A DNA stretch of 64,000 nucleotides from a phage: the sequence record NC_100372.1. One strand, given 5' to 3'. Of this stretch, positions 29,142 to 37,937 are shown piece after piece. The translations under genes were made by a program, and so were the position numbers. Within the stretch, counting starts at the first letter, position 1. Each line of letters begins with the position of its first letter. A model generated the notes under the pieces. That model was not told the DNA's origin and did not search any database. It saw only the letters and a list, made by a program, of their open reading frames with translations.

Positions 29142-29536
29142 TGGTAAGTCTATACCGTGTTGAGTATAGCTCGGATACTGTATACAACGTAAGAAGCAAA
29201 GATCGCAGTGATAGAGTGCAAGAAATGTATGTTCTTGCAGATAGTCCGTTATCTGCAGCGTTCAAGGCAGGAGCTCTTGCATCTCGTTGGAAATTTGAGG
29301 GTGGATCTTTCTATGAAGAAACCCTCGAAGATTCTGTTGTTATTTCTTCTGTAGAGGTTTCAACCGACTACGAAGGGAAAAAGTTCGTAATGCGGCACCC
29401 ACACAGCAACATTGCGTACTACTGGGATGTTCTGAACAATGAGTGGACCCCTGATCTTCAGAAGGCCACTGTTCTAACCCCATTCCTGGCAGATAAGTTC
29501 CCACCAGAAGGTAATTTATCTGCACTGTTTCAGTAA
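29141..29536 (+). CDS. Hypothetical protein (paralog of 26936..27334)
   Basis: Shared HP.S..YW....WTP segment. Confidence 0.5.
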   Translation: MVSLYRVEYSSDTVYNVRSKDRSDRVQEMYVLADSPLSAAFKAGALASRWKFEGGSFYEETLEDSVVISSVEVSTDYEGKKFVMRHPHSNIAYYWDVLNNEWTPDLQKATVLTPFLADKFPPEGNLSALFQ

Positions 29537-29554
29537 TTTTATGCCACACAGGTG

Positions 29555-29583
29555 TTGACAACACCAACCCTGTGTGCAATAAT
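29555..29583 (+). promoter_or_regulatory. Sigma70-like promoter (TTGACA-17-AATAAT)
   Basis: Perfect -35, 5/6 -10. Confidence 0.45.
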
Positions 29584-29615
29584 ACCTTCATCTTAACAAG
29601 ATAGGAGACCGACTG

Positions 29616-29873
29616 ATGAAGATTAAATTGAAAAACCTTGAAACGGCAGAGATTCAGGAAGGTGTTGATTTCCGTTCTAAAGATGGAGACATCCTAGAGG
29701 CGAATGTCCCGACATATAAGTTGATTAAAGGTTTTGGCAACGTTCCGGAGGAGGATATTACAGACATTCTTATGATGTTGATCCTTGACGGGACTGTGTT
29801 TGTAGGTGAAGGTGAGAACGCTATTGCAATCCCGAGCCATTTTTATGAAGTAGTTGACGAAGAGGTGCTGTAA
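29616..29873 (+). CDS. Small acidic paralog-family protein
   Basis: MKIKLKNL start, C-terminal YEVVDEEVL. Confidence 0.55.
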   Translation: MKIKLKNLETAEIQEGVDFRSKDGDILEANVPTYKLIKGFGNVPEEDITDILMMLILDGTVFVGEGENAIAIPSHFYEVVDEEVL

Positions 29874-30224
29874 ATGAAAGTAGAGATCACAGGTTTTGAT
29901 ATGAATGCGGTTCCGGAAGATATTTTAGCTAAACTCCCGGAAGGTTTTAGTAACGGTGTTGTGGTGGATGCTGTCCCTCCTACCAAAGACATTCTGCTGC
30001 AGTATGGTGTAGCAGAGGAGGATGTCGATAAAGTTCTTACAATGATGGCAATCGACCGTGTTGTCGTTGTTAAAGGTCTTGAAGGTTTTGATGACGATCC
30101 TCTGATTATTCGTGGTGATGACTATCGCATCATCGACAACGAAGGCCAAGAGTTCTACGAACCTTCTGCTGAAGATGTTCTTAACTTACTACTGGAAGCA
30201 GGCACCGAAGAGGAGGAAGAATAA
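29874..30224 (+). CDS. Small acidic paralog-family protein
   Basis: MKVEITG start, poly-Glu tail. Confidence 0.55.
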   Translation: MKVEITGFDMNAVPEDILAKLPEGFSNGVVVDAVPPTKDILLQYGVAEEDVDKVLTMMAIDRVVVVKGLEGFDDDPLIIRGDDYRIIDNEGQEFYEPSAEDVLNLLLEAGTEEEEE

Positions 30225-30553
30225 TGAAAATTGATCCGTTACTGAAGGCTCGTGCAGAAAAAGCATACACTATCAAGCTGACCTCTCTGGTCCCTACTTG
30301 TCATCCGGATGTAGGTTGGCCTGAAGGCCTGGTAGAGGGGACTGTAACAGCTGCATACCTTCCTAACATCAAATACCTCATGGAGATCTTGGAGATGGAT
30401 GAGGAAACTGCAGAACAGTTCCAGTTAGACATGAAACAAAGTGGGACTCTGGTTATTCACGGGTGGTATAATACTAAAGATGCAGAAGATCCTCTGGTAA
30501 CTTCTAATCTGGCATATGAAATCTTAGGACCTTTGAACTTGGGGGAAGATTAA
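30224..30553 (+). CDS. Hypothetical acidic protein
   Basis: Coupled ORF. Confidence 0.5.
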   Translation: MKIDPLLKARAEKAYTIKLTSLVPTCHPDVGWPEGLVEGTVTAAYLPNIKYLMEILEMDEETAEQFQLDMKQSGTLVIHGWYNTKDAEDPLVTSNLAYEILGPLNLGED

Positions 30554-30840
30554 TGAAAGATTTGGTCAAGATCAAGATTAAAGATACCAATGGAGAACTC
30601 AGCCATTTTGGAATTAACGATGGTGACGAGCTGGTCGCCCACCTGCCTACCAAGGAAGTTGTAAGCAAGGCTGTTGCCGGAGAAGAAGATGCAATGCAGG
30701 CTGCTGGTGTGGATGAAAACTATGTAGCCATGTGCATGTGCCGAGATCAGGTTGTTCTGTATAAAGCGTATCGACCAAATGGAGCACCTGAGTGGCTTGT
30801 TTTCCGACCCGAAGGGTATGAAATTTTAGAGACACTATGA
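30553..30840 (+). CDS. Hypothetical acidic protein
   Basis: Coupled ORF. Confidence 0.5.
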   Translation: MKDLVKIKIKDTNGELSHFGINDGDELVAHLPTKEVVSKAVAGEEDAMQAAGVDENYVAMCMCRDQVVLYKAYRPNGAPEWLVFRPEGYEILETL

Positions 30841-30929
30841 TAAATCTTGCCAAGGTTGCAATGGCACTGCTAATTATTTGCTGGATAGTGACCTTGGCAC
30901 TATGTCTTGTATTTCATTAAGGGGGCTGT

Positions 30930-31193
30930 ATGAACATCTTGGTGTGGGTTGTGGCAGTGGCGTTTGTTGCGTGCCTCTCTTGTTGGGTTGCTGTGAGGAT
31001 TTCTATAGCCACTCTTCGGAAATTAGGGTTCTCAGAGTGGGATATTAATATCCTTTCTTTTCGCAATGAGACAATCTCAGCCGCCCTGCTGTGCAAGAGG
31101 TTTAAGTGGGAACCTTGTGAGGTCATGAACTATCTAAGAACAGGGGATATTCCTGAGAGATTTAAAAAAGTTCTTGACGGCAAAGACAAATGA
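30930..31193 (+). CDS. Small membrane protein
   Basis: N-terminal TM helix; GGGGG RBS. Confidence 0.5.
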   Translation: MNILVWVVAVAFVACLSCWVAVRISIATLRKLGFSEWDINILSFRNETISAALLCKRFKWEPCEVMNYLRTGDIPERFKKVLDGKDK

Positions 31194-31202
31194 TAGTATA
31201 GT
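31174..31202 (+). promoter_or_regulatory. Sigma70-like promoter (TTGACG-17-TATAGT)
   Basis: 5/6 hexamers, followed by AAGAGGTGAGG RBS. Confidence 0.4.
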
Positions 31203-31222
31203 GACTAACAAGAGGTGAGGAA

Positions 31223-31362
31223 TGACTGATTTTACTGAAGCTTTAATGATGGCCTTATCTGTTTTAGCGCTATCGGTGTGTTTTGGAGCGTTATTCACAT
31301 CTCTGGTTAGAGTTTTACATACCATATTATCACCCAAGGAGCACAGTAATGACGAAGATTGA
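31223..31362 (+). CDS. Small membrane peptide (46 aa)
   Basis: Strong RBS, hydrophobic helix. Confidence 0.35.
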
Positions 31363-31627
31363 CTTAAATGCTGGCGACCATTTGTTGTCAAATGCATCGG
31401 GGATTATCTTGGATTCACAATCGGCAACACTTACGAGGCGGTAGTGGCGAAGGTTTATCATGATAAAGTCCTCAGCCTTGTGTTTGACTGTGATGATGAC
31501 GGAGATGACCGTTACGTCTGTGAGGTGCTGGCACGTGACGATAGTGAAGACCAGAAATTCCTGGTTATTGAACTGAACGGTATTTTTGTAGAACGTTAAT
31601 TTAAAACAATATAAGGAGACTCTTACT

Positions 31628-31933
31628 ATGGCTAAATCTAAAGTTGAACTGTTCACCTCTCTGCCTTCTGACACTGCAGAGCGTGATCGCCTCCGTAAAA
31701 CAATTGAAGAGCTGGTGGAACTTCAGCTTCAGATTAAAGATCTGAAAGACGCTATCAAGGATATTATTCTTGTCGAGAAACAGGATCATCTGTATTCTCC
31801 TAAGTTTATCAAGTCATTGGTGGCTACCGAATTCGATATCCGCTACGAAGCTGAAAAACGTCGAGCTAAAATCGAAGAAGAGGTTGAGCACATGTCTGAA
31901 GCAGACATTCTGTTCAAACGCTCTGCAGAATAA
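31628..31933 (+). CDS. Hypothetical coiled-coil-like protein
   Basis: AAGGAGAC RBS. Confidence 0.55.
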   Translation: MAKSKVELFTSLPSDTAERDRLRKTIEELVELQLQIKDLKDAIKDIILVEKQDHLYSPKFIKSLVATEFDIRYEAEKRRAKIEEEVEHMSEADILFKRSAE

Positions 31934-31986
31934 CAACGAGGAGGGGTCTTGGCCCCTATTTTTACTATCTATGGAGAAGATCAGAA

Positions 31987-32313
31987 ATGCTAATGCCGAT
32001 TACTGTAAAAGAGCTAAATGAACGTGATGCAGGGGGCCTGTGGCCTGCACGGAAAATACGCTGCGTTTATATGAAAGAGAATCTTGAGCACCTTGATCAG
32101 CAGATTGCGGTTGGTGATATTTTCGAAGTTCTCTATTCTAATCGTCGCAACTGGGAAACCATTCAACCTTCCGGTTTTGTTCTTGCCAGACTTGATACTG
32201 GAGAAGTGATTATCCCCGGGCTGGATATTGTCTTCGAAATTATCCAGGAGTGGGATCCTGATAAGATTAAATATGAAGAGTTATTCGGTGAAGGTATTAT
32301 CAAGCCTGTGTGA
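31987..32313 (+). CDS. Hypothetical protein
   Basis: ORF. Confidence 0.5.
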   Translation: MLMPITVKELNERDAGGLWPARKIRCVYMKENLEHLDQQIAVGDIFEVLYSNRRNWETIQPSGFVLARLDTGEVIIPGLDIVFEIIQEWDPDKIKYEELFGEGIIKPV

Positions 32314-32621
32314 GGTGGATTATGTCTACAACGACAGCTAAATACTCCTATATGCCAGCAACCTCAGCAGAAATAGACTTCAGTTTCGATGTGTTTCCAT
32401 TGTTTGAGATAGTCCTGGCATACCCAACAATTCTATCTACTCCTGAATCACTTGTACCTGTTAAGTTGCAGAACGCTATGCATTCCATGCACTACAACAA
32501 TAAATGTAGGCACAGATGGTGTCAAGACGAGGAAAAAGATCTGGAGAGTTTGAAAGATTTTGACAGTCACCTTTTGACACCTTTTAGTTACTCAAACCTA
32601 GACAAACCCTCATGGGTATAG
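32310..32621 (+). CDS. Hypothetical protein
   Basis: Coupled ORF. Confidence 0.5.
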   Translation: MRWIMSTTTAKYSYMPATSAEIDFSFDVFPLFEIVLAYPTILSTPESLVPVKLQNAMHSMHYNNKCRHRWCQDEEKDLESLKDFDSHLLTPFSYSNLDKPSWV

Positions 32622-32645
32622 CAAAATATCAAATTTAAGGCACCT

Positions 32646-32672
32646 AGGACGCTCTGTGGCGTCCTTTTCTTT
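32646..32672 (+). terminator. Intrinsic terminator (AGGACGC-loop-GCGTCCT + TTTTCTTT)
   Basis: Hairpin plus T-run after 32621. Confidence 0.55.
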
Positions 32673-32834
32673 ATCTGGTGCACGATTCCATACCTTAGAC
32701 AATTAATCTCCTTACAGAGCGTTTAAAGGCATCCTACAAACAACTCTCTATTTCGAGCGTAGCGAGAACGCACGCCCGTTTTGACCCAAATCACCATACG
32801 CTCGGATTTTAACCAAACCCTCGCGGTGTTTCTG

Positions 32835-32863
32835 TTGACACATTACCGCTCCTGTGATAATAT
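32835..32863 (+). promoter_or_regulatory. Sigma70-like promoter (TTGACA-17-TAATAT)
   Basis: Perfect -35, 5/6 -10. Confidence 0.45.
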
Positions 32864-32895
32864 CCACACATCGTTTGAAGAATATGGGATACACA

Positions 32896-32976
32896 ATGAA
32901 AACATTGTCAGAGGTTTTAGTGGTGATCCTGATGATCATTGCGTCCATAGCGGCTGTTGCCGGAATATGCTTATAG
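32896..32976 (+). CDS. Very small hydrophobic peptide (26 aa, MKTLSEVLVVILMIIASIAAVAGICL)
   Basis: Single TM helix ORF 30 bp downstream of a promoter; weak RBS. Confidence 0.35.
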   Translation: MKTLSEVLVVILMIIASIAAVAGICL

Positions 32977-33051
32977 CATCGACACGTTCCAGCCATATGT
33001 CGATAAAGTCTTATTTTTTAAACATGTTGCCGGAATACTCACGGGTGGAAC

Positions 33052-33237
33052 ATGACCAACACACATGCATCTACAGAAACATCTGAAGGAGTGACAGAGG
33101 AAAACTTCAATTCTGAGGATTCTCTATCTCCGTCCCAGGTGGACCCTGAGGCTGATGACCTAACGTGGGAGGATATCATAGCCATCTGGTTCTCTATTAT
33201 GCCTGAGCACGAAGAGTTCAGAGGTGGGAGACTATGA
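33052..33237 (+). CDS. Hypothetical acidic protein
   Basis: ORF only. Confidence 0.35.
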   Translation: MTNTHASTETSEGVTEENFNSEDSLSPSQVDPEADDLTWEDIIAIWFSIMPEHEEFRGGRL

Positions 33238-33357
33238 AGCACCGAGCCCACATAAGTTTATCATGCTAAAGCATGGCCTGAAGGGGCAAACGTGCATAAT
33301 TCCATCGTATTGGAACGTATAAACCCCGTTCACACTCTCATTTCCAGAGGAGATTTC

Positions 33358-33573
33358 ATGAAAATAGAAATATTTGGTGGGGCTGACAACACTCGTGGCC
33401 TGATTTACCTTGAATTCGATGAATCTTACCTGCCAGAGGTGTTAAATATAGATGCTGTTGCGGAAGCCCTTGATGTAGACCCTAAAGATCTCTACTCCCG
33501 TGCTGAGATTGATGGTTGGGAAGAGACTCTGAACATTGATTTCAGTGAAGTAGTAGATGAACCTTTGGACTGA
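33358..33573 (+). CDS. Hypothetical small acidic protein (MKIEIFGG start)
   Basis: ATG after AGAGGAG RBS. Confidence 0.45.
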   Translation: MKIEIFGGADNTRGLIYLEFDESYLPEVLNIDAVAEALDVDPKDLYSRAEIDGWEETLNIDFSEVVDEPLD

Positions 33574-33936
33574 CACACAAGTCTGCTTTGCAGGTTTAGC
33601 TGCTCAGCTAAGGTTCTGGAGTCACCTATAACATCTTCCAACTAAATTTCCTACCAACACAGTTACTTACCCACCACACATGACTGTTTGCTTGTTTAGT
33701 GAGCAGTCATCCCTTGACATTCTTGCCTATCTTGATAAAATTAAGTTCTTCTCTTTTCTTTTACCGAGTAATTCGGGTTTTCTGTTCTCTTCGGTTTGAA
33801 GGGGTATGGAGATACACCTGAGTGAACAGGGTGAACAACCGAACCTTTAGCTATGGCATTAGCATGGCGAAGCGGACGGGTGACGAAAGAGGGGCCGGAG
33901 GACACCAGTCACTGCCATATAGTATATGGGTGATAA

Positions 33937-34476
33937 CCTGAAGAGTCTGAATAAGTGTTTAAGTACCAGTCAGAGGAAAAGGTGAATGGTAGCCGAAGGG
34001 GGAGGGGGGTTTCTTATATCTTTAATTTGTATACTTTATATACACTTGTAAACCAATTCAATTAGGATCTGTTTACCACACAAAGTGGATGGAGACAAAT
34101 ATCACCTATTAAACTTGAATTATTTATAGAAAATACCACAACACCGCTTAAGTCTTTGATTTTACACACAAATCTTACAAATATCCTACCTCCATATTTA
34201 ACATACTTGTAACATATTCCATATCCTACCTGCCTGATCAATTTACTCCCACCACATTCCCACATTTTCCCTGTCTGTACTACCCCACCCCCGCCGGGAG
34301 TCCCGTCATATCTGGCTTTCCAGCAAATATCACACCCACAAATATCATCACCTGAAGAGGGTTTCATCCCATAATACCTGCCTTACCTGAAGAGCGCTTC
34401 ATACACCACCTAAATTTTTTAATTGACCCCTCCCCGCCGCCGGAGAGGTTGGCTTTTCCCACACAGGCCTGAAGAG
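33937..34476. repeat. Four dispersed copies of CCTGAAGAG (about 33937, 34351, 34386, 34468)
   Basis: Read directly from the sequence. Confidence 0.6.
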
Positions 34477-34491
34477 TCAGCCAGAAATATC
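34097..34491. repeat. Five copies of AAATATC(A/C) in a CA-rich stretch
   Basis: Copies near 34097, 34179, 34325, 34340, 34485. Confidence 0.5.
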
Positions 34492-35023
34492 TGAACAGGT
34501 CCAGTTATGCCCCGATTTTGTGCTTGTCCTACAGGAGTGCTGCCCTGTCAGGAGCCGGTAGCGACTGGAGTGCTGCCAGGCGGACGGAATGGGAATACTT
34601 CTCATTTTTATAATAATTCTCAAATATCGAGGCAGTGAGGCAAATTAATAGGCCAGGCCGTTCACACAGTGGCACAACATTTGCAATCTATCTTGTGGGA
34701 GTGAATGAGAATACCTATCATTGTGAGAATGGTTATCATTACGGGCAATTTAACATAATACCTATTATGCGCACCACTGGCGATACATACAGGGATTGAT
34801 AACATGGGTTACTGTTTACGCACATAACAATTATATTTATTACTATTTGTGTGGGATATAGTTAGCAACCAATAGATTAGATATTGACCTGCAGACTTCT
34901 GACCGTCCAGACGTCTAAACGCCCACACAACAAGGATTATACATACATTCCTGAATGTAAACAGGGCCGCAAAAAATGCTACCATACCAGTTTGTAAATT
35001 TTTCATGCAGCACTTGACAAAGA

Positions 35024-35107
35024 GGAGAAAAACTTGTCTGACACAATGTGACAAAATTGCCACTTTTGACACTTTTACCTTTGACACAATATGACACAAT
35101 AACGGCT
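35024..35107. repeat. Array of TTGACA/TGACAC hexamers including three TGACACAAT
   Basis: Six TGACA(A/C) within 85 bp. Confidence 0.6.
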
Positions 35108-35136
35108 GTTACTATTCCATATCTCACTGTTTACGT

Positions 35137-35190
35137 ATAGACTGTTTACGCCTGAATAGTTTACGCCCAAACTGTTTACACAGAGATGAT
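35137..35190. repeat. Tandem CTGTTTAC(G/A) iteron-like repeats x4 (further copies near 34812 and 35583)
   Basis: actgtttacg, actgtttacg, tagtttacg, actgtttaca in series. Confidence 0.6.
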
Positions 35191-35202
35191 AAGCCATGAC
35201 AT

Positions 35203-35432
35203 TCGTTTGCATGAAAACAATTAACAAGTTAATAATATATGACATAATATAAAAGCAGGGCAACTATTAGAAGATCTATAGTTGCCTTGCTTGTTATGTC
35301 ATGATTAACTAAATACAAGGCAACTATGATCTGAATAATAGATTGCAGAAAAACTATCACGGGGGTGATTGTTACTGCTTTTATATTATGTCGCGACTCC
35401 GTCGCGCCATGCCATTCGTTTGCATAGTTGCC
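35203..35432. repeat. Nested symmetry block: 20-bp direct repeat, 15-bp perfect inverted repeat, four GGCAACTAT copies
   Basis: Direct repeat GCCATGNCATTCGTTTGCAT at 35203 and 35406; inverted arms GACATAATATAAAAG at 35251-35265 and 35378-35392; GGCAACTAT at 35269 and 35329 with reverse complements at 35288 and 35424. Confidence 0.65.
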
Positions 35433-36039
35433 TTATTGTTACAGGTAAAACAATTACATTATTAATTATTTCTTATCTTTCTCTTAGTCATCTAATGATT
35501 CCAGTCAGTATAGTAATGTACAGTAAACATTAGACGACTAAAGATTTCTCTGTGTATAATAACTTATCGTGACAATTTCGAACTGTTTACGAAAAATGTT
35601 GACACCTGAGCTGATTTATGTTATGCAGTTTACACGAATAATTATTTTATGCAGGTATTGACTATTCCGTTATTCTGTGGTTGGAATAAATACTTTGCAG
35701 ACTATAGAATGGCGTGCGTACGTGAATTCTGAGATCTGGCGGCTATAGTTATACTCGATTTTTCGCGTAGAACACGCTTTCGATGCTGTGTAAGTGTATG
35801 ACTTATAAAGATTTTTAGTTGTTGACAAGATATTGGAGATGTGCATCAGGTTAAAATTTGTGCAATAGCGGCATTACGTGCACTTTTGGGAGAGAAAACG
35901 GGTAAAAATGGCCCTGCTACCACACAATGAAAGATTATGCAATGGTTATTTTCCATGTATATTTGTACAGTATGTGGGATTGATGGCTAGTCAATTATTC
36001 CACTTGCCAGGTAGGGCCGTTTATGGTAGGAGAAGAGCA

Positions 36040-36068
36040 GACAAAAAGAAAGGGGCCTTTAAGCCCCT
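36040..36068 (-). terminator. Intrinsic terminator for the leftward block (AAGGGGC-loop-GCCCCTT with U-run on the minus strand)
   Basis: Hairpin followed on the minus strand by TTTCTTTTT, just downstream of gene 36088..36507. Confidence 0.5.
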
Positions 36069-36087
36069 TGATAATTCAGTTAAGAAA

Positions 36088-36507
36088 TTATAATGATTCG
36101 TATATTTCAAAAATCCGATTTGCCAGGTCGTTACGGTAGCGGAATTTTTCATCGCGCTTGATCATTAAATCCTTATAGCCGTACTCTTTAAGCACTTCAT
36201 TAACTTTATAGCGGCATACCTGCATATTATCTTGAGCGTCACCAATAAACTTGTTGCTGTGGTGCATTGCTTTAATTTCTTCTTCCAGGACCAGGGCAAC
36301 TACCCGGACCGGATCAAGCTGGTAGGCGGTAACATCTATGCGGCATTGTAGACGGCTTTTAACGTCTGCCACCGGATATACTGCAACCTCTTCCCCGTCA
36401 ACATTGACAATAATTAGTTTACCATCGATTTCGAATCCTTTCGCCGCCGGACCGTGACAAAAAGCGTTATCAAAGCTATATGCCGGATTATCAGATTTAA
36501 TGTTCAT
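36088..36507 (-). CDS. Hypothetical protein
   Basis: ORF with upstream promoter. Confidence 0.5.
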   Translation of the reverse strand: MNIKSDNPAYSFDNAFCHGPAAKGFEIDGKLIIVNVDGEEVAVYPVADVKSRLQCRIDVTAYQLDPVRVVALVLEEEIKAMHHSNKFIGDAQDNMQVCRYKVNEVLKEYGYKDLMIKRDEKFRYRNDLANRIFEIYESL

Positions 36508-36556
36508 GGTGTTTTTACCTCTTAGTTAATTTTCTTACAACTTCCCTTCAAAAAAG

Positions 36557-36585
36557 AATATAGCAAAACTGCCGATCCCTGTCAA
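36557..36585 (-). promoter_or_regulatory. Sigma70-like promoter on minus strand (TTGACA-17-TATATT)
   Basis: Reverse complement of 36557-36585. Confidence 0.45.
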
Positions 36586-36651
36586 CAAGGGATAGCATAA
36601 TTTTTATGTGATCAAGGGGCTTTATCGCCCCTGACCATGCAACCTGTTGTA

Positions 36652-36915
36652 TTATTTGTTGCTCATCCAGTTTTCCCAAGCTGCCTGATAATCTGCCTCA
36701 CTACGGCGGATCTCTTCTTGTTCTTCAAGCCGGATCTCTTCTTCCAGGTACCCCAAGATATCGGCTTTTTTGGTCTGGCGTAACATCCAATCGTCTTTTT
36801 TGCGAGTAAAGATCTTGTACGCTTTCTCGCAAACTTCTTTTTTGCTACCTTTTTGGACTTCAAGAATTCTGTAAGCCATGTACTGAACTAGTTTGAGCTG
36901 GTCAAGACGTTTCAT
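36652..36915 (-). CDS. Hypothetical protein
   Basis: ORF. Confidence 0.5.
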   Translation of the reverse strand: MKRLDQLKLVQYMAYRILEVQKGSKKEVCEKAYKIFTRKKDDWMLRQTKKADILGYLEEEIRLEEQEEIRRSEADYQAAWENWMSNK

Positions 36916-36971
36916 GATGTTTTCCTCTTTATGTGGTTCGTTTCGATTAGTTGATAATATAGCATGAATTG

Positions 36972-37190
36972 CTATTTACTCACAACAATATCGAAAACAA
37001 ATTTTTCTTTGTTGTCAAAACTCACGTATCCGATTCGACCACGCAATCCCCGAGTAGTGCCGTATTCGTAACCATCAAGGCCTTTAACCTTCCAATCCGT
37101 ACCCATTAAAACCGCATTATATTTCTGACCAACTACAAAAGCGCTACCAGTTGATTCAATGCAAACAACTTTAATTTTACGGGTTGCCAT
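36972..37190 (-). CDS. Hypothetical protein
   Basis: ORF. Confidence 0.45.
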   Translation of the reverse strand: MATRKIKVVCIESTGSAFVVGQKYNAVLMGTDWKVKGLDGYEYGTTRGLRGRIGYVSFDNKEKFVFDIVVSK

Positions 37191-37252
37191 TTTCTTTCTC
37201 TCTTTTTGTGCGGTTCTGATTAGTGGGCCTTTTGGCCCGTGTCATTATCTTA

Positions 37253-37525
37253 TTACTTACGGCGGCAGAATTCAAGCGTTTTTAATTGATAATCTTCCTC
37301 AGCCTGAAGTACAACCGCCTCGATCATTTCGTTGGCATTGTTGAAGCCATACCCTTTAGCGAACTCGTCCGCACCACCTTCGTGATCATGTTCTGCGTTC
37401 ATCGCTTCCACGAAATGGAATTCAAGATTATTGAGATAAGGGCTTGATGTTCCGTCCTCTTTTTCGATGAGATCCCAAATAGTATTAAAACGTGATTCGA
37501 CTTCTTGGTTAATCCAGCTTAACAT
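37253..37525 (-). CDS. Hypothetical acidic protein
   Basis: ORF. Confidence 0.5.
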   Translation of the reverse strand: MLSWINQEVESRFNTIWDLIEKEDGTSSPYLNNLEFHFVEAMNAEHDHEGGADEFAKGYGFNNANEMIEAVVLQAEEDYQLKTLEFCRRK

Positions 37526-37632
37526 GGCGTTTTCCTCTCTTCTGGTTGTTGTGTGGGCACTTTTGCCCCTTCAAGATAAATGTTACCCCACCGCCTGGCA
37601 GGTGTCAACGGTTTTTATAGTTTTTTATATGA

Positions 37633-37676
37633 CAGGCACCCCCGGTGATTGTCTCCCCCCGTCGCCAGGTGCCTGC
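37633..37676 (-). repeat. Conserved GC-rich element, reverse-orientation copy (core GGGAGACAATCACCGGGGGTGCC)
   Basis: Reverse complement matches the elements at 45328 and 45461. Confidence 0.6.
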
Positions 37677-37737
37677 CGTGAAACAAGTATAACAAAAAAC
37701 AGGACCATTACAAGCCCTGTTTTATGGTTTATAAAGA

Positions 37738-37929
37738 TTATATTTTTTCGCCTATATAGTCCGGTCGGTTTTTCTCTGTCATACGCTTAAGCAATTCTTG
37801 CATGTTGCTTATGGCTTGCAGTGTATCCTCTTCAAGGGATGAATCGAGATAATCAGGATCATTCTTCACCTTGCAATGGTTATGGTAACGTAGTACTGCC
37901 AGTACTTTTTTAACTTCTTCTGCTGTCAT
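37738..37929 (-). CDS. Hypothetical protein
   Basis: ORF. Confidence 0.4.
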   Translation of the reverse strand: MTAEEVKKVLAVLRYHNHCKVKNDPDYLDSSLEEDTLQAISNMQELLKRMTEKNRPDYIGEKI

Positions 37930-37937
37930 TATTCCAC

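Noticed and set aside
34062-35263. Track ORFs in the non-coding hub (34062..34367, 34809..35099, 34915..35127, 35075..35263, all minus strand)
   Set aside because: They lie across repeat arrays, have no RBS, and give low-complexity translations; more likely chance ORFs in repeat DNA.
33574-36087. tRNA genes in the large non-coding region (expected in T5-like phages)
   Set aside because: I found no T-loop signature (GGTTCGAATCC-like) paired with an acceptor stem by eye; a tRNAscan-type search would be decisive, since manual inspection can miss divergent tRNAs.
35878-36093. Plus-strand ORF 35878..36093
   Set aside because: No RBS, runs into the terminator of the leftward block; probably non-coding.
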